Shown here: in pieces, positions 19,601 through 27,003 of the stretch
Position numbering within the stretch: position 1 is the first letter of the stretch
Layout: each line of letters opens with the position of its first letter
Translations under genes and position numbers: made by a program
Notes under the pieces: model-generated
What the model saw: the letters and a program-made list of their open reading frames with translations, nothing else
What the model was told of the DNA's origin: nothing
The model's database searches: none
Source: a virus
Strand: one strand, 5' to 3'
Virus record (IMG/VR): IMGVR_UViG_3300031339_000004
Span: 1 to 64,000 of that record
Length of the DNA stretch: 64,000 nt

Positions 19601-19718
19601 GCCTAAGTGTGTATTACTTCTTGCGCTGTTCGCAACAACTAAGAAATAATCTTTGCCTGAAGATGCCTATGTTTGTGATTTGTTATTTTAGAAATAAGAT
19701 GAAGATGTAAATGCTTGC

Positions 19719-20153
19719 CTATTTTAATTTTTTGTTTTCTATTAGCGACTGTCTTAATTTTTCTGATCCGCCTACTCGAACATTGATAATACCGTTGTAA
19801 TATTCGTCAGTTTCGAGTACCTTGCGATCAAATTGCTCTTTTGCTTCAATGTAGGACATTTCTGATCTTGATTTACAAAAATAAAGTACTTCTCGAGTAA
19901 ATTGTTCTTGTCCTAGTGCCTCTACGTCAGCGTTTAATTTATCTGAAGAACCCCAATAGGTCCTCCAGTCGCTTTCTTTATAGCCTCTGCGTTTATTTTT
20001 TTTGCCTTTAAGTGGCGGCTTAGTAGTTTTAAACCTAGCCAACTTTTTGCCTATATATTTTTTGTTGGACTGAAGATTGGTAATGAGATACACAAATCCT
20101 TCATACTCGTCTGGTATCTCATCAATGTTTACGCCTTCATAGGTCCAATGCAT
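19719..20153 (-). CDS. GIY-YIG endonuclease, T4 endonuclease II (DenA)-like
   Basis: GFVYLITN...KYIGKK, ESDW..YWGSS, F.REVL..C, Y.E..EQF...VL....YYN. Confidence 0.8.
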   Translation of the reverse strand: MHWTYEGVNIDEIPDEYEGFVYLITNLQSNKKYIGKKLARFKTTKPPLKGKKNKRRGYKESDWRTYWGSSDKLNADVEALGQEQFTREVLYFCKSRSEMSYIEAKEQFDRKVLETDEYYNGIINVRVGGSEKLRQSLIENKKLK

Positions 20154-20178
20154 ACAGTTATATATCTATTACAGAGCA

Positions 20179-20430
20179 TCACTGCTGAGGTTTTGACTTA
20201 AAAACTTCTGGATGTACCTCTTGAAACTGCGCTCTTACTTCTGTGTTTCGTTGATGTGTGATTTTTTTTATTTTACGAAGCCGCTGTTGGAGATCGTAGT
20301 ACCTACGGTGGGTTCTCATTGCTTCCCACCGTTCCATTGAAGCAAAATAGTCTAGATATGCCTGTACCAGTTGTTGATGCAGGCTATCGTCAGGGTCTAA
20401 TTCTTTTTCAAACCTTTCGTCGTCGGTCAT
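20179..20430 (-). CDS. Hypothetical small helical protein
   Basis: ATGA overlap with the gp46 C-half stop codon. Confidence 0.6.
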   Translation of the reverse strand: MTDDERFEKELDPDDSLHQQLVQAYLDYFASMERWEAMRTHRRYYDLQQRLRKIKKITHQRNTEVRAQFQEVHPEVFKSKPQQ

Positions 20431-22424
20431 TGAGATGACTCCACTACATCTAAATCGTTCGCGTAAGTAGTAAATCCGTTTTCTTTAATAACTTTAAGAA
20501 CATGATTAACTCGACCGATTAGTTCGTCCTTGTGACTGATCAAAAAGATATTTTTTTCTCGTTCTCTGGCCATCTTCTTGAGTACGCTTAACGAACTCTC
20601 AACTCCTGCTGTGTCCATGCCGCTGTCTATGAGCTCATCAATGAACAGCAGGTTAACATTCTGATACAGACTCTCCCAAACGTCCCGGAAAGCAAAGCTA
20701 AGACCTAGTATAAGCCTGTTTCGTTCGCCTCGTGACAAGTTGTCAAAGTCAAGGTCTTGGCCTAATTGGGAGATCTCAACCGATAAGTCGTTTTGAAACT
20801 CAACTTGGTGAGGTAAACCTAGTTTGTCCAAGTAATGTGTAAGTCTGTTGTTCAAATACGCAAGGTTCTGGTCTATAATCTTTTTTCGTATGAAACTATC
20901 CTTGTTTGTAAGCAGCTTGAGAAGAAACTCTTGGTGCTCTCTGACGTTTGTTAGCTCGTTTACTGGCAGCCAGTTGATTTCTTGCAGTGCTGACGTCTGC
21001 AGGTCCGACACTTGCGCTTCGTAAGGATCTTCATCCTCTTGTCTTGCTGTCAGTGTGTTCTTTAGATTCTCAACGTTGCTTCTATGCTCGTATGCTTCCT
21101 TTGCACTGTCGTAGAATGTGTTGGGCTTACCGTTAAGCTCACCGATCTCTTCGATACCAGTCATTACCTTCTTTAGCTTATCTGCTACTTCTTTTTGGTA
21201 GCTAGTAGCATCAGCTAGTTCTTTTTCTTTAACCTTCTGGATCTCATCCTTCTTATCTGCGTGTAATTCTTGACCGCAAGTATAACAAGTGGCATCGTCT
21301 AGTTTAGAAATGTTCTTTTTTACTTTAGTTACAGCAGTATCTGCCCGTAATAGTGCAGTATCTAGTGTGCTCCTTTCCTTGTTGAGTGCAGTAACAGCAG
21401 TATTCATCTTTGACCAGTGTTGTAACTTCTCGTGGTCGTCGAGCTCTGACTCAATATTAAGCTTTTCTAATTGATCAATGCCTTCTTGAAGCCTTTTATT
21501 GTCTTGTTTCTTTTTTGACTGCCATGCACGTTGTCTGCTGACTAATGTGGCTATACTTTGCTCAATTTTGCCGTTTGCTGTCTTAATTGCGTCTATTTTT
21601 AGTGTTTCTTCAGTAATAGAGTCTTTGGTCATGCGCACTTGTTCTTTTAACAACATGGCCTTTTCGGTGAGTATAGTAATACCCAACAACTGTTCAATGA
21701 TAGCTCGTTGATCATTAGCTCTCATTGATAAGAACGGTTCGGTATAGGTGTTGAGAGCAACAATATGCTTGAACATGTCATGACTCATGCCTAGTAGGTC
21801 ATTAATTGTCTCTTGCGTCTTGCGACTGTCACCTTGGGACTCATCTGTCATGTCTTGTTCTGCATCATCTACATAAAACTTAAGAATGTTGGGGCTTCTG
21901 CCTCTTTCTATTCTATAGTCTACGTTATTCTTCTTAAAATGCAGAGTGACCAACATGTTTTTACTGTTGGTCTTATTAATAAGGTTATTCTTCTTAATAT
22001 TAGTTAACGCTTGGCCGTACAGCGCATAGCTGAGCGCGTTGATCACTGTGGTATTATGAGATAAGATATTGTTTGAGTAAAAACGATGATCAGGGTGATC
22101 AACTGTTAGATCAAACATATTTTCTTGCCGAGACTGTTCGATTACTGTTAATACTAATTCAGAACCGTGCTTAGATATTATCTTAGTCTGGTTAGGTATT
22201 ATATCTTTGACAAAGATCTCGTTGTAGTTGTGATCAAACAAGATGTGAGTGTCGGCACAGTCAAGAGTCAACCCGCTTTGGGTTTCGATATGCCAAACGG
22301 TGTATGGAATAGTCTTGTGTATGTCAGTAACAGGCTGCCATCCAGAATCTGTTTCGATTTCAAGATCAACTAAGCTGACACTATTAACAAATTTTCTATT
22401 TACTGTTTGAGAAATTGTAGACAT
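20427..22424 (-). CDS. gp46: C-intein (aa 1-124) fused to the C-extein of recombination ATPase gp46 (Rad50/SbcC-like)
   Basis: Intein block B (LDCADTHILF), block F (MFDLTVD...FYSN) and G (LSHN|T); then zinc hook CYTC, signature LSRGE, Walker B LFIDE, H-loop LISH. Confidence 0.92.
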   Translation of the reverse strand: MSTISQTVNRKFVNSVSLVDLEIETDSGWQPVTDIHKTIPYTVWHIETQSGLTLDCADTHILFDHNYNEIFVKDIIPNQTKIISKHGSELVLTVIEQSRQENMFDLTVDHPDHRFYSNNILSHNTTVINALSYALYGQALTNIKKNNLINKTNSKNMLVTLHFKKNNVDYRIERGRSPNILKFYVDDAEQDMTDESQGDSRKTQETINDLLGMSHDMFKHIVALNTYTEPFLSMRANDQRAIIEQLLGITILTEKAMLLKEQVRMTKDSITEETLKIDAIKTANGKIEQSIATLVSRQRAWQSKKKQDNKRLQEGIDQLEKLNIESELDDHEKLQHWSKMNTAVTALNKERSTLDTALLRADTAVTKVKKNISKLDDATCYTCGQELHADKKDEIQKVKEKELADATSYQKEVADKLKKVMTGIEEIGELNGKPNTFYDSAKEAYEHRSNVENLKNTLTARQEDEDPYEAQVSDLQTSALQEINWLPVNELTNVREHQEFLLKLLTNKDSFIRKKIIDQNLAYLNNRLTHYLDKLGLPHQVEFQNDLSVEISQLGQDLDFDNLSRGERNRLILGLSFAFRDVWESLYQNVNLLFIDELIDSGMDTAGVESSLSVLKKMAREREKNIFLISHKDELIGRVNHVLKVIKENGFTTYANDLDVVESSQ

Positions 22425-23506
22425 TTCTTTAATACTTCCTCTTTGTTTTGTTTATACTCATTTTCCCATATAACTAGTACGTCGTACCCTTGGGCTTCTG
22501 CAAATTGAATTTTTTCTCGGTCCAGTTTCCATTTTTCTGATGCTCGCAGTTTAGTTCTTGGATTCACATACTCCGGAGAATAAATTTTAGGATTACAATG
22601 CCAAAAGTCTCCATTGTATTCAATTATTTTATTAGCAACTGCTATGTCATAGACGTATTGTTTTTTAGAATTGATTGCTAGAGTAAGCTGATCTATAATT
22701 AGCAAACTTTTATCAATTTTTCTGATTTCGTATATTATTTCTCTTTCAGCGGCAGATACCGATACCCCTTTTGTAAGTTTAAGTCTATTCATTTCGGCTT
22801 TTTCTTCATCTGATTTAGCATTTAATGCGGCTTGCCATTTATCTTGACGTAGTTGCCAAACTCTAATTCCTTCCTCTTTTCCGTATTTTTCAATACATAT
22901 CTTCTTAGAAAAGTGTAGTTGTTCTTTAGATACTAATTTAGTTGCTTCTTCTTTAGTATATCCTCTGGCAGTATAGTATTCTGTACACCGCTTTGATGAC
23001 ACTCGACGAACAGGAGTAGCAGCTGAACCTACTGAACCTTTTTTATTGTTTGCTGTTTTGGTATCAGCTGCGAACTGGATTGCTTCTGTTTCACAATAGC
23101 CTTTCTTTATCCAATATTCTTTTCTAATGGGCCGTCGACTATTTCTTTCAAAGTCTGCTTCCTCTATAGTATAGTGTTTATTTGTAGCAGGATTACTTTT
23201 GTTTAACCAAAACTCTCGACTGTATACGCTTGTTGTGTTTTTTTGTGCGTGTTCCTTTGATTTTGTGTAAACCATGTTGGTATCCCACCCTCGACACTCC
23301 CAATAATTTCTAGAACGTTTTGTATAGCGCCCAGAAATTTTCAAGGTACTTCTAATAAAAATCTCAATTTCTTTTTTGGTATTGTTAACATTATCCAACA
23401 CCATGCTTTCTAGGAGAGACGATCGCATCGCCGGTTCTAGATTTTTGATAACTGTATCTATTACTTCGATACAGTTTTCTGTTAGTGTGTTATTCCATCG
23501 CGCCAT
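22400..23506 (-). mobile_element. Free-standing Vsr-like (PD-(D/E)XK type) putative homing endonuclease between the split-intein halves
   Basis: C-terminal YD....KIIEYNGDFWH.NP...D.EK...A...GY.VLVIWE Vsr/DUF559-like domain; own AGGAG SD; different reading frame from both gp46 halves. Confidence 0.8.
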
Positions 23507-23744
23507 TGTATAATTCTCCTATTGTAGTTTCGTAAATTACCCCAGTTTTGGTGTTTTTTACTTTTACAATAGTATTTATACAAAGGCACTTACCTGTGCC
23601 GTTGCGCGATCCGCTGTCATCACCACCTTGGTCTAGGTTTTCACCAAGAACCAGCGTTAGTTGCTCTCTACTGAAGTCTATGGCCTGTGAAACATTGCCT
23701 ACACTCATGAAATTCTTAACTGTTAAATCCTGAACCTGTATCAT
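23490..23744 (-). CDS. gp46: gp46 N-extein (aa 1-52, ends at Walker A GTGK) fused to a 32-aa N-intein
   Basis: VKNFMSVGN...LVLGEN...NGTGK followed by intein block A CLCINTIVKV...TIGELY, then stop. Confidence 0.9.
   Translation of the reverse strand: MIQVQDLTVKNFMSVGNVSQAIDFSREQLTLVLGENLDQGGDDSGSRNGTGKCLCINTIVKVKNTKTGVIYETTIGELYNGAME
23573..23580 (-). promoter_or_regulatory. Perfect T4 late promoter TATAAATA inside the N-intein coding sequence
   Basis: TGT ATA AAT ACT (C-I-N-T) contains TATAAATA, about 67 nt upstream of the endonuclease ATG. Confidence 0.6.
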
Positions 23745-23745
23745 A

Positions 23746-24753
23746 TCATTCTAATCCGTTGTAAATATCTAATAACATCTTTTTATCGTAGTTGTTAGTG
23801 TCTAGTTCGGTAATTTCCTTAGCAACAATCTGATCTACACTTTCAAATGCCCGGATGTCTAAGTCTGTGGACATTTCGTCTATTTGCTTTTGAGGAATCA
23901 ATGTAATTTCTCTACATCCATATTGATTGATGAATGTTTCTTTGATAAAACTTGCTTCTTCATAGCTAATAGGTAGATCCAGTGTTACTCGAAGATACAT
24001 TTTACTCTTAATTAAGGTATCTGCTTCATCAATTAGCTGTGAGAGCTTAACTGTTCGATATTTTGGACATTCTGGCCAATTGATAAATTCTGGCTCTCCG
24101 TTTTTCTCTAATATCATCATACCACGAGCATCGTCCCATGCATCAGCATAGTTATGTGGGAATGCATTGCCGATATAGTGTATCTTTCCTTGTGTTTGAC
24201 GTTTATGAAAGTGACCTGAGAACACATAGTCCTGGTTCTTAAAGTTTTTAGCTTTAAGTTCACCGTGGTCTGGCATCTGTACCATAGCATTCATGTAAAA
24301 GTGTGGTAATTCAAAGTGTCCGAACATGTACTTGGCTTTGATCTTTTGAATTTTCTTCCACTCGTCACCTACTAGCCACGGAATAAGAGCTACGTCGTCT
24401 TTTTCAAGAATTGAGTCAACAAAGGTAATGCCGGGAATGTGCCGACCAAAGCTCATTGAGCTAACGTCTCTCTTATCTTTGTAATATAGATCATGATTAC
24501 CTACAAACAGATAAAAGTTGTCAAATGCTGCCCCTAGCTTCTCCAAACTACGTATAGTTGCGTCCATTGTAGTGAGGTTTAACGAATTTCGGTTGTGATG
24601 CCAGTCTCCACAAAAGATTCCAGTTTCACAACCGTTGGCTTTTGCAGTTTCGATGAACCAGTCAACGAAATTCTCACAATCTTGGTTGTGTACTCGACTA
24701 TTACCCTTGAGCCCAAAGTGAATATCTGTAAAAACTGCTGCTTTATTGAACAA
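23746..24753 (-). CDS. gp47: Recombination nuclease gp47 (Mre11/SbcD-like)
   Basis: Metallophosphoesterase motifs TDIHFG, GDWHH, VGNHD, FGHFE, SGHFH; adjacent to gp46. Confidence 0.95.
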   Translation of the reverse strand: MFNKAAVFTDIHFGLKGNSRVHNQDCENFVDWFIETAKANGCETGIFCGDWHHNRNSLNLTTMDATIRSLEKLGAAFDNFYLFVGNHDLYYKDKRDVSSMSFGRHIPGITFVDSILEKDDVALIPWLVGDEWKKIQKIKAKYMFGHFELPHFYMNAMVQMPDHGELKAKNFKNQDYVFSGHFHKRQTQGKIHYIGNAFPHNYADAWDDARGMMILEKNGEPEFINWPECPKYRTVKLSQLIDEADTLIKSKMYLRVTLDLPISYEEASFIKETFINQYGCREITLIPQKQIDEMSTDLDIRAFESVDQIVAKEITELDTNNYDKKMLLDIYNGLE

Positions 24754-24780
24754 ATTAAATTTCTCCGTCTTATATAAAAA

Positions 24781-24809
24781 ATACTACATGCAAATCAACA
24801 ACTTGTCAA
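24781..24809 (-). promoter_or_regulatory. Sigma70-type promoter TTGACA-N17-TAGTAT for gp47/gp46
   Basis: Read directly on the minus strand in the intergenic gap. Confidence 0.7.
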
Positions 24810-24812
24810 CGA

Positions 24813-25700
24813 TTATTTTTTATACTCAAACTTATTTTCTGGATCACCGTAGCGTTTTACGCTAGCGTCCCATTCGCCGTTGTTTGTTCGTGTATACGAA
24901 GGATTTAAGTCGTTCATTTCAAGAATATCATCACGGATGTTTTGATTACGCTTTTCTATGTTAATTACACGTACAAAACTGTTGGTTACTGCGGCTGTGT
25001 AGTAAGCAAACGGGTTGTCTGACTTAGACTCGTCAAATTGTAATCCTATTTGTGCTAATTGTAGTATTGCCTGCCCTTTCATTTCGTCGTTGTAGGTGTA
25101 GCCACGGACATTTCCTCGCGTTGCATATCTATCAACTAATTTAAGCCACATCAGCGCTAGGTTATTTGTGGCCTTGCCGTGTTCTCTGTCAAAATGCCCA
25201 GATTCCAAATCACCTTTCCAGTGACTTTTTCCAACACACACTATTTCTGCGCCTTCAAACTTATAATGTTTGAACGGAGGGAAGTTTAGTTTGATCTTAG
25301 TATCTGCTATTGTTTTTGGATTCTTTTTTCTACCCGGTTGTTCGGGAATATGATCAAAATCCATAACTCTGAAGATAAGCTCCTCTTTGGTAATCTCGCT
25401 GGGCGTAACTTCACATTCTGCCTGTTTAACTTTCTCACCAGCAATGCGTCTTCTCTCATATTCAGCAGTTGACAGTCTTTTTGCTTTGTTAGCTTTGGCT
25501 TGGGGCACAGATCCGAGCACAGTTACAGTTTCACCGTCGTCGTTAACTTTAAACGAGTCTGGCAGGTTAATATCAGCTAAGTTTTTGAGTATGATATCGT
25601 ACTGGTTGTAGCTAGGGTCAGCGTAACTATTGAAAGTATTTTTAGATTTGTGAATTTCTTTGAGGATATCTCTGTTATTTAAGTAATTGCGTTTTCTCAA
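24813..25700 (-). CDS. gp55: Late transcription sigma factor (T4 gp55)
   Basis: NYLNN, GYTYNDEM...A, FD..KS.NPFAY.T....NSF.R.I..EK motifs; upstream of gp47; TTG start with AAGGAG. Confidence 0.88.
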   Translation of the reverse strand: MRKRNYLNNRDILKEIHKSKNTFNSYADPSYNQYDIILKNLADINLPDSFKVNDDGETVTVLGSVPQAKANKAKRLSTAEYERRRIAGEKVKQAECEVTPSEITKEELIFRVMDFDHIPEQPGRKKNPKTIADTKIKLNFPPFKHYKFEGAEIVCVGKSHWKGDLESGHFDREHGKATNNLALMWLKLVDRYATRGNVRGYTYNDEMKGQAILQLAQIGLQFDESKSDNPFAYYTAAVTNSFVRVINIEKRNQNIRDDILEMNDLNPSYTRTNNGEWDASVKRYGDPENKFEYKK

Positions 25701-25723
25701 TTTTTGCTCCTTATTATATACTT

Positions 25724-25752
25724 ATTATAAACTACATACTTAATTTTGTCAA
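25724..25752 (-). promoter_or_regulatory. Perfect sigma70 promoter TTGACA-N17-TATAAT for gp55
   Basis: Exact consensus with 17-nt spacer. Confidence 0.85.
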
Positions 25753-25759
25753 CTAAATA
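25753..25759 (+). promoter_or_regulatory. Late promoter variant CTAAATA for the baseplate operon
   Basis: Back-to-back with the gp55 -35 box, 20 nt upstream of 25780. Confidence 0.5.
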
Positions 25760-25779
25760 CTGTTGGAGATCAACAACTT

Positions 25780-26706
25780 ATGTCAATTCTTAGCGCTTTT
25801 AACAGTAATTCCGGCAATGACGCCGGAGCAAGCAAATCCGGCGGACTAGCAAACCAGGATTCGTTCTTTAGGAGAACAAAAGGATCGGATGATCCTGATG
25901 GTCCTGCTGGTCGAGCAGAAACCGGAGAGGTAGTAAAAAACTCCATCGGCGTAGTAGACAACCTTATTGCTAGGCAAGGAGGAGGTAATTCTGATGTTGG
26001 TAAAGCCATTAGAATGGTAGGAAATGCGGCCCAGCTAATCTTCCCAGGCGCAGCTCCTGTACCAAAAAGTCTGCCAAGAGTACTATTAAATGATATGCTA
26101 ACTGGCGAAGATACAGTTGACTGGCGAGTTAGCCTTAGTGTACCAAACGTTGTAATGCAAGGACCTATTATTGCAGAATTATCTAAGACTAAAAATAGAA
26201 TGATCTTTCCTTTTACTCCTACAATATTACTGGGTCATACTGCAAATTATTCTAACGTGCAGCCTGTACATTCAAATTACCCATATCATGCGTACGAAAA
26301 TAGCCAAGTTGATAACATAACTATAACAGGCGAGTTTTATAATGAAAATCAAGAAGACGCAAAGTATTGGATAGCATGCTTGCACTATTTACGAGCAATG
26401 ACCAAGATGTTTTCTGGAACTAGTACAGAATCACTAGGAAATCCGCCTCCTATAGCAAGACTAAACGGTTACGGTAAGCATGTGCTAAACAATATACCAG
26501 TAGTGATAACAAACTTTACAACTGACATGCCAGCCGACGTTGACTATATTGAATGTGAAGTAGCAGGCGAGATTGACTATGTACCTACTCAAAGTGTATT
26601 CACTGTTACAGTGGCTCCGAACTATGCAAGACGCAGTCAAGCAAGATTTAGTTTCCAAGACTTTATTAATGGTAACCACACATCCGGCCCAGAAGGATTT
26701 GTATAA
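25780..26706 (+). CDS. Baseplate tail-tube initiator/cap-like protein (gp48/gp54-like)
   Basis: FPFTP.I, GNPPP...L.GYG..V..NIPVVI..F, VPT.S...V tube-fold motifs; first gene of the baseplate operon. Confidence 0.55.
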   Translation: MSILSAFNSNSGNDAGASKSGGLANQDSFFRRTKGSDDPDGPAGRAETGEVVKNSIGVVDNLIARQGGGNSDVGKAIRMVGNAAQLIFPGAAPVPKSLPRVLLNDMLTGEDTVDWRVSLSVPNVVMQGPIIAELSKTKNRMIFPFTPTILLGHTANYSNVQPVHSNYPYHAYENSQVDNITITGEFYNENQEDAKYWIACLHYLRAMTKMFSGTSTESLGNPPPIARLNGYGKHVLNNIPVVITNFTTDMPADVDYIECEVAGEIDYVPTQSVFTVTVAPNYARRSQARFSFQDFINGNHTSGPEGFV

Positions 26707-27002
26707 TGTCTAAAAACTTTGGACCCTATAGCAACACAAAGATTAATTCAGCAGGATATTTAGATATCTTTACACCTAGGCCGGTACCAGTAGCAGGCGA
26801 CGATGTGCTTTACGCAATTACTCCAGCATATACTTACCGACCAGACCTACTGGCATACGATCTCTATGGCAAGAAAGAGTTGTGGTGGGTGTTTGCTCAG
26901 CGCAATCCGGATATCATAAAAGACCCTGTGTACGACTTTGTTGCTGGTACTAAAATATTGCTACCCCAGGGTGCCAATCTAAGAAAGGAGCTGGGTTTAT
27001 AA
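26706..27002 (+). CDS. gp53: Baseplate wedge protein, LysM-like (T4 gp53)
   Basis: YRPDLLAYDLYG...LWWVF..RN...I.DP..DF..G..I.LP. Confidence 0.8.
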   Translation: MSKNFGPYSNTKINSAGYLDIFTPRPVPVAGDDVLYAITPAYTYRPDLLAYDLYGKKELWWVFAQRNPDIIKDPVYDFVAGTKILLPQGANLRKELGL

Positions 27003-27003
27003 T

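Noticed and set aside
20427-23744. gp46 as a pseudogene or sequencing frameshift
   Set aside because: Both exteins and all intein splice-junction residues are intact, and the downstream ORFs have their own SD-like sequences; an artefact would need two compensating errors
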